Translations under genes and position numbers: made by a program
NCBI GenBank assembly: GCA_002633005.1
Contig: NMRA01000191.1
Location: 668,378 to 732,377 of the forward strand
From: Phoronis australis
Lineage: Eukaryota; Animalia; Phoronida
Direction: 5' to 3'
Length of the DNA: 64,000 nt
The notes under the pieces: generated by a model
Seen by the model: the letters and a program-made list of their open reading frames with translations, nothing else
Databases searched by the model: none
Told to the model about the DNA's origin: nothing
In this document: positions 35,111 through 47,013 of the stretch, piece by piece
Layout: each line of letters starts with the position of its first letter
Numbering within the stretch: the first letter of the stretch is position 1

Positions 35111-37046
35111 TTTGACTATTTTCTTTGTGTGTTTAATTAGTAATAGGTTTTATTTGTATTAATTAGTGGTTATTATGTAAGAAATAATTACTGAATTTAA
35201 TAATTCTTTCTCCATCCACGCACAATTGCAAAGCATAGCTATCATTTAAACTAAACCCACAGTCGACTTCTGGCACAAAAGTTTACCGACAATGTGATAT
35301 ACGGTTTGCTTCAGCCTTGGTTCCTAAATTGATGACATGTAACGGTTATTGTATAAACATCCGTATTATTTGTCTAATTCTCGTTAATTCATTTCAAAAG
35401 ATTCTTTTTGTAGGGGCCCTTGAAGACAGTTCTGGCAGGTAGATAGCTCTACTTTAAAAGGGAAAGTGACAAAATTCGCAAACCATTAAACAGCTCGTTC
35501 AAAAAAAGTTACCTGAGTTTTGAATACGTCAACTTGACTCCCGGACATTCTAGCAAGTTGCGAGTTGAAATCTGAAACAAAATTTAGAACTTCATATCTG
35601 CATACATTACCCTTGCTAAGAGCTCGAAGGTTCCCAGTTCGAATCTGTGCCAGATTTCAGAAAATCACCTAATAACGTGACTTTATAGAAAAAGCAGCCG
35701 TTTCAAGGTACTTTTTAGATCAAATACAATTTCATGTTTATCACAGACAAATTTAGAAGGTAATCAAATTCTCCCATGATCTAGTTAATTGTGAATCCGC
35801 CACTCTAGAAGTGACATTCGCGGCCTAGATCGTCTTGCTTTGTACATGTATGTTCTTCGCTGAAAACACGACTAAACTTTTTGTTTGAAAGCTTGGTACA
35901 GAGTCGCTCGTAGTGTCGAAAGAATCTCCTTTCTTCAGATGTGCAGCTACATGTATGCACCAAAACACCGAGAGACCTTGTACGTTCGACGGTAACATAA
36001 TTGTGATCACGTGGGGTCCGTCTCGGGACAGTGACTAAGACTTACGTTAGAAAATTAGTCTTACGCTCCAGCTTTACAGTTACTGAATAAAGGCTTAGTC
36101 AAATAATCATGAGCACACCACAGTCTAGAAATAGTTTATCGAAATTATCTCAGTAACAAGCAATTTCATTTATATTCTCAGCGACGTTGCACTTCTGGTC
36201 ACGAGAGATTTAATTATTTTTGAGAAACTCTCAATTGCACAGTAAGACCGACTTTCTGTGTCAAGTCTTATATCACATCTCATGAAACACACCCCACTTG
36301 ATTGTACACCATTCTATTGCTTAATTTGTAGAGCAATAATATACGTCGGCTTTAAGCCCCTTGAAGAAGCTAGTCACTTATTGGCCAACTCCTTTTTTGC
36401 CAATTCTTCAATTAATTGTTCTTCTTTCGAAAGGTTATTTACAGGTCACACCAAAATATGATAATTAGTTCCACTGCCGTTGGTTACAAGAATTCCTGAA
36501 CAAATTTTGCTTCGGCTGAGCGAAGCTGTCCTCATACCCTGAAAGATGTGAATTTTAGCAAATGGCGCATCTGTATGTCATGAACGTCCTGTTTTTCAAG
36601 TCGACGGCAGATTTGTCTTTGTTAGAAAAACCGAAGAATAGTGTTTATTAGGTTGCTTTACACATAAACGGCTGTAGCGGTGTTGCTCCACTCCCAGATT
36701 TTGCATGCAACACATCCGGTCCTTAGATCTACATGTTGACGAGGTGACTGTCCGAAACACCCAGCAGTTAGCGCTATAGTCAATACTCAGTTGAAGGGGT
36801 ATCGATATTTTTCAGAAATTTGTGAAATGGTCAAAAATCAAAAGAGCTGGGGAAAATACTCTCGAGTGTGCTGGTGCTAACCAAATCAAATTCTCTCGGG
36901 ATATTTAGGGAACCGCTTATGTTTCACCTCTTTTTTTTCTCTAACAACAACCAATCAAATCGTTTTCCATCTTGTACTCTCGTATTTGATCTACTTATCA
37001 TATTATCTTTAGTCGTCACCGGAAGGACTGGAAGTCCGTCGCTTAA

Positions 37047-38713
37047 AGGCGAAGACAACCTTTTTTCATGTCATTTTGAGCTAAAATAAGGTTGGTTGGT
37101 TATCCTAGACATATTTTCCACTTAATTACAGCTTTTCGTAATTTTATTAATTACTCGTCCTCTACTCCGGAAGTGACGTTTTAGGAGGCAAGCGTTTCCC
37201 GCCACTTGGTTTTGCGTTGACTTTACCGTGCGAATCTGTTCTATTCTACTTTTGTTTTGTGCTGTTTTTCAACAATTGTCGCCACCACTTTCCATCGGCG
37301 AGTATTCTGCGGCAAGATAGGTTAGTAGAGAACTCAACTACGTTGGATTTAGGGATTGTTTAGTGTGTTGTAAGCTGAAAATGGCTGGAGTCGGTGACCC
37401 GTATCACAGTGACAGTAGTGTGAGTGACGGAGACCTTGTTCACAGCAGTGGTGACGAGGAATTTTTTCACGGACATTCAGTGGGTGGGTACATGTTTGAG
37501 CCCGAGTATAACGAGGCAGAGTACGCACAGGCACAGGCAGCTGTTGAGAGAAACGAGGCGGCTACTGAGGACAGACGTGGTGACACATCTTGGTGCAAAT
37601 GCACTGTGTGCGTTGTTATGCCTACCTCAATGGAATGCTTGTGCTGTTCAGAGTTCGACGAGAACAAGCCACTACTGGACACGGTTAAGTGGACCTCCGG
37701 CATACAACAGACAGAGGAACAACTGTCCCACTTGTCAGAATGTCAATCGACACACTCCCACTGGATGGTGACCTGAGCACCCAAACTGCTTACATCGTGT
37801 CGTGTGACTCCCTCGCCACACACCTGGCACCTTCTAAATAGATCCAACACTTTAGACAAGTCCACAATGAGCTTATCAAAGTTTGGCTCACCGATCTGTT
37901 CCAGTCACTGGACGACGAACTGTCCTCTTCACTGGGTGTCGAACTGGGCCTGTCATCACTCAATATCGCTGCAGGGCTGCTTAGAGGCTGTAGGCTGGAG
38001 AAAACAGCAGAAGGCGTATCACTACTGGTTCCAGGAATGGCACGCTCTGGGGGTATGTTCGGAGGCACGGGTGACAGTGGATGAAGTGCCTCCACTGGCT
38101 CCAGTCACTGTACTGGCCACAGCTCGCGAGGCTTCTCTCTTCGAAAACGCACTTCTCGGGGGTGGCGACGGGGCACTGCCGGGAATCAACACAGACGGAA
38201 TGGCACCCTTCTTCATGCGTTGTTTCGCAGGGACCTTCATTAGTTAAGAGTACAAATCCCTTTCGTAATCAGACGGCAGAAAGTGCTTGCCACACACTCG
38301 ACTGCTTTGTACGTTGCGTGGACGGGTAACGCTGCGTTCTTTACACGAACGAGCCAAGTACGGCGAAGTGTGTCATCCATCAGAAAGCGATGCTAAGGTA
38401 CTCCCAAAGCGCGCGTGAGACGATAATTAGTACATCCCGGTAAGCAGCAACAGTGTGGCATGTTGGTAAAAGCAAACGACGACGTAACTTAACACAACCG
38501 AGGTAGAACAATGACTGACTCGGCAGCTCTCAAAGTCAGACCATATAAAAAGAAATTGGCGCGAAATGCTTGCCTCCTAAAACGTCACTTCCGGAGTAGC
38601 GGACGAGTAATTAACAAAATTACGAAAAGCTGTAATTAAGTGAAAAATACGTCTAGGATAACCAACCAACCTTATTTTAACTCAAAATGGCATGAAAAAG
38701 GTTGCCGTCGCCT
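37047..38713 (-). mobile_element. Kolobok DNA transposon, family A, internally deleted; KolX on + (ATG 37381), THAP-transposase 5' part on - (ATG 38461)
   Basis: TTAA at 37043-37046 and 38714-38717; TIRs of about 157 bp; THAP MPHCCCLPGCTN..HRF..RRTWL..RVCGKHF..AIPSV with in-frame stops; KolX WCKCTVCVVMPTSMECLCCSE. Confidence 0.9.
37381..37776 (+). CDS. Truncated KolX accessory protein (acidic N-terminus + Cys-rich P2X7-ballast-like zinc motif) fused to antisense transposase sequence
   Basis: Open frame MAGVGDPYHSDSS...YMFEPEY...WCKCTVCVVMPTSMECLCCSE; the KolX homology appears to end at about 37686. Confidence 0.6.
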   Translation: MAGVGDPYHSDSSVSDGDLVHSSGDEEFFHGHSVGGYMFEPEYNEAEYAQAQAAVERNEAATEDRRGDTSWCKCTVCVVMPTSMECLCCSEFDENKPLLDTVKWTSGIQQTEEQLSHLSECQSTHSHWMVT

Positions 38714-39252
38714 TTAAGTGAAAAAACAACCTATTGAATGTTATTTTTGCGTAATTCTCCGCCTTTTGTATCAAAGAAATGAATGTCATCGATTTGAAAA
38801 CAGTACGCTAGTGACACACGCATGCGCCATTTTCCAAATTTTTGAAACGTCTCTCGTGAGATGATGACTTCTTCTCAGCAGCAAAATTATTTTTCTTTAA
38901 TTCTGTTTGCTGGTATTAGAATTCTAAAAACTTAAAAGAAAGTGAAACCGTTTCCGGTAATTTGTTGTGACATATCTACGAAACACCGTGAAAGAACAAC
39001 AGTTGATTGAAGAATCGGCGAAAAAAGAAAGTCGCCAATAGGCAATGCAATATTTCTTGGCGCTGAAAGCCGACGCAAAAGATCGCACCACAATTTTAGC
39101 AGAAGATTAACCGTAACGGTAGATTTCCAACACGGCTAAATAACTTAGTTTACTCAAAGAAGATTGTATTTTTAATGACACTAATTTTGTGTTAAATTTT
39201 ATCTGGTCATTTTACCCACATCAGCGCAAACCTGTGTACTCAGCATACTGCT

Positions 39253-41586
39253 TAGTACCTTGGTATGAAGCTGTATATTAAATATACAGCTTTGCGCCGA
39301 TGTGGGTAAAAAAGTGTTAAGAAAAAGTCTGACACAAAATTAGTGTCATTAAAAACTAAAGTACTGTCTTCCTTAAATAAACCGAATTACTTAACGGTGT
39401 TGGAAAAATGGCGTTCTACCGTTATTCTGCTGCTAAAGTTGTGGAGCGATCTCTGGGTCGGCTTTCGGCGCGAGGAAATATTGCGTCACCTATTGGCCAG
39501 TTTCTTTCTTCAATCAACTGTTGTTCTTTCACGAGGTTGCATACACATCATACAAATCATTGGAGCTGGTTTCATTTCATTATAAGTTTTTAGAATTTCG
39601 ATACCGAAAAACCGAATTTCAGAACAGACTTTGCTGCTGCGAAGTTGCCACAAAAATTTAGGAAATGGCGCGTGCGCGTGACACGAGGGTACTGTTTTCA
39701 AAACGACAACATACTTTTTATTGTTACAAAAGGTCGCAAACGACGCAAGAAAATGACATTTGTTGCATTGTTTTTCACTTAAACGGTTGTAACGGGCAAG
39801 GTGAGTGTCGGTTAACTCCTAGATTTTGCATGCACCCCATCCGGTCGTTAGGTTTACATGTTGAAACAAGTTTTTGGCTAACAGCCCGATATCATTGTGA
39901 GAGAAGAATAAAAAGAGGCGAAACAAACCCGAATAACTTCAATAAGACAGTTTATGGCTCCCTAAATATCCTATGGGAAGTTGATTTCATTAGTACAATA
40001 GAACACTCAACATTCTTCTGATTTATGTCCAAATCATAAAATTGGCGAAAAATTCGATGGCCCTTCAGCTCTCTTTGAGCACAGTATTGGCTAAATACGG
40101 TAACGCTGGTTGAAATAACTGTTTCAACATCAATTCATGGGTGGCGCAGCACTGAAAAACGTGGGGCTATAGCCTCCTAGCCCCCCTGTGGTGTACTGCC
40201 CATAGAACATGGGCGCCGCAGCACTGAAAAGGAGGCCATAGCCCCCCACCAGCCCCTATGGTGCGTCGTCCATGCAATTGTTATGAAAATCCACGATGTT
40301 CGACATCCTGCTACATGTCAACAGCTATGAAGAAAAACCAAATACTCTACCTCCACCTGCTTAGCAATTTTAGAGAAAGGACGCTACTAACGCAGCACGT
40401 GAACGTCAGTCGTCGTTCGCATTTCATGCAATTTTTTTGTTTTTTTTTTCAAACATTTATTGTAACAAATTGACAATTACAATACAGGCGTACATAAACA
40501 TACATATAGATTGTTACATGGCGAAGTCGTTATCCCCTTTTATCTAGAGCCCGAGTGGATTTTGGAGAATTATCAGATTTTGAATTTTATCAGTGCCCCA
40601 ATCGCATGCAGTGCGAACATAAACCAATGTTGCGAATGTAATAATTCCAGTGAATTCTGAAGGTGTTTCTTTAGTCAAGAGGTAGTTCTTGTTGGTAATG
40701 AAATGTAATTCTATCATGGTGTAACTTGAAAAGAGTAATTTACTTTGTAATTGATTTATCATTTGGAATACCGGAGAGGTTAAACAGCATGTTTAACTCC
40801 AAAAATCGAGTGCAAAAATAACCGGGCCCATAGGATGGTAAAAATCATTTTGCACGAACCAATTCGACTTCGCCAAACCCATGACCCTCTCCCACTCTTT
40901 CCTTCCTAAGGTCACTCCACCAACCCCCCCCNGCACACGGCCAGGGTAGTTGTGCTCGTCACATCGCCGAGAAACTTTTATCAACATGTGAAGCTAAAGA
41001 CCGGACGGGATGCCTGCAAAATCTGGGAATCAACCGACACTTACCTTGCCCGTTACAGCCATTTAAGTGAAAAACAATGCAATGAACGTTATTTTCTTGC
41101 GCCTTTTCTAACAATGAAAAGCATGTCGTCATTTTGTAAACAGTACGCTGGTGTCACGCGCACGTGCCATTTCCTAAAATTTTGCGACAAATTCACAGCA
41201 GCAAAATTTGTTCTGAAATTCGGTTTTTCGGTATCGAAATTCTAAAAACTTATAATGAAGTGAAACCGGTTCCGATAATTTGCTGAGACATGTACGTAAC
41301 CTCGTGAAAGAACAACAGTTGAAGAATCGGCGAAAAAACAAACTGGTCAATAGGTGACGCAATATTTCATGGCGTCGAAAGCCGACGCAGAAGATCGCTC
41401 CACAACTTTAGCAGCAGAATAACGATAGAACGCCATTTTTTCCAACACCGTTAAATGATCTAGTTTACTCAAGGAAGACTGTAGTTTTTAATGACGCTAA
41501 TTTTGTGTCAGATTTTATCTTACCACTTTTTACCCACATCGGGGCAAAGCTGTATATTTAGTATATACAGCTTTGTACCAAGGCTA
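39253..41586. mobile_element. Non-autonomous DNA element with about 600-bp TIRs and TAG...CTA (Academ-like) termini
   Basis: 39253-39860 is the reverse complement of 40981-41586; ends TAGTACCTTGGTA.. / ..TACCAAGGCTA, each with a subterminal hairpin AGCTGTATAT..ATATACAGCT. Confidence 0.6.
40136..40274. repeat. Two tandem tiny MITE-like units with CATGG...CCAT(G) ends
   Basis: Both contain CGCAGCACTGAAAA..GG.CyATAGCC..CCC; each is about 67 bp. Confidence 0.45.
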
Positions 41587-41640
41587 CCCCACCCCCTTTC
41601 ATTCTCCGCATGTACCCAATTTTGCACCGAACCCCCACGC

Positions 41641-42893
41641 GTGGCCAGTACAGTGACTGGAGCCGTGGAGGCACATCATCTACTGTCACCCGTGCTTCCA
41701 AACGTACCCCAGAGCGTGTAATTCCTGGAACCAGTAGTGATTCGCCTTCCATCCCAGAGCCTCTAAGCAGCCCTGCAGCGATATTGAGTAGTGGGAGTGA
41801 TAACAAGCTCAGTTCGACACCCAGTAAAGAGGACATTTCGTCGTCCAGTGAACAGATCGGCGAGCCAAACTTTGATAAGTTTATTGTGGACTTGTCTAAA
41901 GTGTTGGAGCTATTTAGAAGGTGCCAGGTGTGTGGCGATGGAGTCACACGACACGGTGTAAGAAGTTTGGGTGCTCAGGTCACCATCCAGTGGGAGTGTG
42001 TCGCGGGACAGTTGTTCCTCTGTCCGTGGTATGCCGGAGGTCCACTTAACCATGTCCAGTAGTGGCTTGGCCTCGTCGAACTCTGAACAGCACAAGCACT
42101 CCATTGAGGAAGGAATAACAACGCACACAGTGCATTTGCACCAAGATGTGTCACCACGTCTGTCCTCAGTAGCCGCCTCGTTTCTCTCAACAGCTGCCTG
42201 TGCCTGTTCGTACTCTGCCTCGTTATACTCGGGCTCAAACATGTACCCACCCACTGAATGTCCGTGAAAAANNNNNNNNNNNNNNNNNNNNNNNNNNNNN
42301 NNNNNNNNNNNNNNNNNNNNNNNNNNNNNNNNNNNNNNNNNNNNNNNNNNNNNNNNNNNNNNNNNNNNNNNNNNNNNNNNNNNNNNNNNNNNNNNNNNNN
42401 NNNNNNNNNNNNNNNNNNNNNNNNNNNNNNNNNNNNNNNNNNNNNNNNNNNNNNNNNNNNNNNNNNNNNNNNNNNNNNNNNNNNNACCACTGCTGTGAAC
42501 AAGGTCTCCGTCACTCACACTACTGTCACTGTGATACGGGTCACCGACTCCAGCCATTTTCAGCTTACAATACACTAAACAATCCCTAAATCCAACGTAG
42601 TTGAGTTCTCTACTAACCTATCTTGCCGCAGAATACTCGCCGATGGAAAGTGGTGGCGACAATTGGTGAAAAATAGTACAAAACAGAAGTAGAATAGAAC
42701 AGATTCGCACAGTAAACTCAATGCAAAACCAAGTGGCGGGAAATGCTTGCCTCCTAAAACGTCACTTCCGGATCATAGCGGACGAGTAATTAATAAAATT
42801 ACGAAAAGCTGTAATTAAGTGAAAAATATGTCTAGGATAACTAACCAACCTTATTTTAGCTCAAAATGACATGGAAAAAGGTTGCCTTCGCCT
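41641..42893 (+). mobile_element. Kolobok family A copy 3, truncated on the transposase side and inverted relative to copy 2; contains assembly gap 42272-42485
   Basis: Near-identical reverse complement of 37047-38120; one TIR ending CGCCT|TTAA at 42894-42897; KolX ATG at 42557 (-). Confidence 0.85.
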
Positions 42894-45800
42894 TTAAGAT
42901 CAATGACAAATCAACTGTTAGTCCCGGCATAGTCCCTACCTCAACAGGACCTAGGCTATGATGTTAATATTCTTGATCGGCAATAAATTAAACCAGGTGT
43001 GACTAATTGCGCATGACAGCAAAATGCGATGAGTCACCACTGTCGAATATATCTTCAATTCGACAACAATACAAGCAGATGACCTGATTTGAGTAGAAAG
43101 TATTTTTTATCAACAATTAACAAGAAGACGCGTAACCCATCCTCTCGTTCAGTAACGCTAGGACCTCGCTAAAAAGCAAAACTTCGCGAGATTACGTGAG
43201 ATATTGCCGTGCATTTTGAATGAGAACACATGACTTTTAGGCCTACTAGGTCCTAGCGTAGCTCCTAGTGTCTACTGAACGCACGCCTGCATTCAGCATA
43301 ATACCTAACCTGTAACACTACAATCGCTACAATTTGGTCATATTTACTGTTCATGTTTCGAGCCTAGTTTTCCGAAAAAATTACCCTTTTAGCAGACAAC
43401 TCATTGGTGCATTAATTTGTTCTCTCATGTATTTTTCTACGTCTCTGTGGTTAATTGTCGACACATTTTTAAGATTTAATATCCAGTTTGGACTCGAAAG
43501 ACCGGCCATTTAACTCACGCAATGTCAACTTCCGCTTTGTTTAGGAGGCGCTGAACAGTTCTCATAGGGATTTGCCTATCAAAACACACGTCGATGGACT
43601 CTTCACCCTTTCTTCTCTCTGTCAAAAACTGCATGCAAATAAAGAAAAGTCTTGAGTCATTTCACATCACGAGCCCTACACATGAACATAGAAACTTTGT
43701 ACTCTCTTGTATTTTTGACCCATTCCCTCCCAGTGGAAACCAAGCTGAACTAGGAAAAATAAGGGCAAAAAATGCAAAATCGGCACTTTTCACCCTAAAA
43801 TCACCACTTCCCTGCCGATGCTCGACTAAAGCCAACATTAGATTACGAAAGCAAATTTCCTACCGATTCCAAAATTGTGGTACAAAAGTACTGTCAACCA
43901 ACTAGTTTTTTTGCAAATCTGGCTTGTTTGAGGGCTACCTGAAATCGCGGCCAATTTCTAAGTTGCTACACAGCAATGCACAATTGCAACAGGGGACCAC
44001 CATCTTGAAGAAGAGTGCAGCTACAGCCGAGAAAGTGGCCTTTTCATTCTCAGCATGTTCACAAATACAAACAAACCACATTCACTAAGCCTACATGCAA
44101 TGCCCACCTACAAAATGCCCCCAAACTTGGCCTACTCCAAAATTTTAATATTTTGGTAGTGCAAATTGGCCGCGGCCGCAGCCTAACTATTCAGTGCCAC
44201 CTTATCGCAGTGAGCCTCGCTTTGGATTTTAATGTCCGCCGCGTGAATTACGTCTATACTTCAGTGCAACGCTGGGAGTTCCAAATTCAATTCCTGTTTA
44301 TCAGATTCTGCGCCCGTGCCTACTGGTATGGTTACATCTTGTTAAATGAGTTATTCTGATATAATTTAGGTTACCGTAAACAAGAGACATTGGAACATGT
44401 TCACGGTTGCTATGGGTCTTACTACAGAAAGTGGACACTGGAACATAAACGTTTTCATAAAAAAGAGACAACATTATTTGGAACACTTGTTGCGTAGTTG
44501 TCAACAATAAAAGTTGAACGATGAAGTAGAAAAACTAAAACCACCCGGCGGCGATTCTTGTTTTTCCGTCAAATGGGAAATTGCAAGTACGGAAAATGTC
44601 GCGAAACTACTGGGAAACTACAATAGTATACTATAATATTTCAATCAAGCTCGCCATATATCAAAGTACGGGACAGTTTGATAGTGTGAAGGAATGGGAG
44701 GAAAATTTCAAAAAATGTCACCGGCAGTCCTCCCGTAGCAGGACATTTGGCAAATGCGTTGTCAGCAACACAATGAATTGGATTGCATTTTTGACGAGGT
44801 TAACTTTTCATTTTCATAATTTTATATCTCTGGTATAGGTAACATCACTGCTCAGAAATCTAATAAGCTTTATACATGGGCAACACGTAAACATTGCACA
44901 GATGGATTATTATAGAAACAATAAGAACAAGTAATAATATCAGTATACATGATTTGCACAAACGCACACTTAGCTACGTCAATAAATACAGCATATTTTC
45001 GACAGTTACGTAAACACACCTGTTAGAAGGGCCAAAACACTGCATTTCACATTTCACTACACTCAGAAACCAAAGGTCACCTCTTTCCGTAAAATGCGAA
45101 GACTGGATTTTAGCATCCAAAATGTCTTGATGAAAAACATACGTAGCTTGATAGGTTATCGAAAGTAGATATAAGACTTGAGTTGCAAAGACATCAGAGA
45201 CAAAACTATATTCCTGGCATCCAGCCGGGGTCACGGTTCGGTGCATGTTAAGAATTACCAGTGTAACTGACGGGTTTGCTGATTAACTTTACCGAGAAAT
45301 CGCTGGTTGTCTGGAACCGTACCACAAAAGTCTCACTAGATTCCATTCTGTTTAAAAAAGTCAAAATGAAAATGAAGCAGAAAAATTAGGTTTGATCTGA
45401 TAACTCAGCCGAGCAGACAACAAGGACTTTGGCCTACATTGGGCTAACTCTCGCGGCCAGTCCTCTAAAACCTCGAGATCGCAGTCGCAACCTTCAATAC
45501 CAGACTGCATGGTTTTGCACCGGAGTTGGCATTGCAGTCCTAGAGTTCTATACTCACATTAATTTTTCTTATATTGGCTTTTGTAAAATTTTGTTTAACC
45601 GGAAGTCACTTTCAAGATGGCGGCTCTGGCGCATTTTCACCCGTTTTCAATCGTTCTACGGTCGCATTTTTAACGGGAAGAGCAAATGACGTGAATTTTT
45701 GCGTGTGGATTCCTTGAAGTATGCTCTTTCAAAAGTTCTGCGATAACGTTTTTGTCAGACTTACCGTTTTCGAGTTATTTGACTTTGAATTTCAAAAAAA

Positions 45801-47013
45801 CACAAAATTTCATTTTTTTCGAAAAATAAAGGAATGTTGCAAAACAATCAATTTAGATAGACTTTGGAACTGGCTTTCAGAAGAAATTTTCCATTTTTCG
45901 CTAGGACGTCTACTTTTTTTAATTATTTGAGATTTTCTGATAGCGCTGTTCCTTTGTAGAGCGCTCTTACTGCCTTGATGTTGGTTTAGTTTATTTGAAC
46001 AAGACTGTAGCTTATTTCTTACTAATTTATGACATCTAAGTTCGTCGTATGAATGTTATGATGTTGTTCATCATCGCCACCTTCATCATCACAATCATCA
46101 TCGTCGTTAATTTTGCCTATTGTCGCTCAAGACTGTAGGTAGCGCTGAACAGTCAGGCCGCAGCCACGGAGCATTTTCAAAGGTCAGGCCGCGGCCACGG
46201 AGCATTTTCTAGACCCTAGAATTTATATTGAGGGCGTGTGTCAGGTTTGGCGGGTGGTTTGAGGAAATTGTTAACAACAAGTGCCAGGAAACTTATTTAC
46301 TTGTGTTTTTGAATGATAAAACCCCAGTTTTACTTACTTATGATGCAAACTGGTGGCTGTCATTTGCTATCAACCCCTGTCATCTGTTGTCCGAGAAACC
46401 GGGTGCGATTTCAGGTGGCTGTCAGACAGATTAAATTTGCCAAAAAAGTAGCTGGTAAGAGGCTTACTATGACCACATAGTTAGACTCTAGTGAGGACGA
46501 GCATTCTGAATCTGTAGTCAGACTTTTTCTTGCACTTGCAAGGAAGTGGTTATTTCGGGGAGAATATTGTCAAATTTGGCGTTTTTTGAAAATAGTTTTG
46601 TGCGCCGGGATTTTCTTGCCATGTATATTAACCGATCAGAAATCTGTACAGTTCGATAGAGTTTTAAACGGGCTTTCATAAGATATTTTTCATTGCTTGC
46701 TAGTGGTCATGATCGTAGTCGTCGTCCTCCCCATCGTCCTGTTTTCGCGTAATTTCGCCAACTGTCGCTCCTCCGAGCGCTCTCGTTTTTCTTATTCTAT
46801 TTCGTAAACAAGATTTTTAATGTCTTTTTGTATCAGGACTGTGGGAGACCATCACTATGGCTGAATAGGTTATCATGAGTAAACATCAATTCTTACGTAA
46901 CAGTGACTGATTGTAGCCGTCTGCTGAGCTTGGCTAAAGTACATTATACATGTACAGGTGTAGTGTGTGCTCACTCGGTTCACTACAAAGCGTCTACAAG
47001 CTACGAGGGGAGA

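Larger units (their letters stand above)
36200..39255. repeat. Older long-TIR element (arms about 36200-36740 and 38714-39255) enclosing Kolobok copy 2
   Basis: 36300-36740 is a diverged direct copy of 39400-39860; 38714-39250 is a direct copy of 41063-41580, i.e. the inverted arm. Confidence 0.5.

Noticed and set aside
41910-42589. Long ORFs spanning poly-X
   Set aside because: Artefacts of the N-gap at 42272-42485; comparison with copy 2 suggests only about a dozen bases are really missing.
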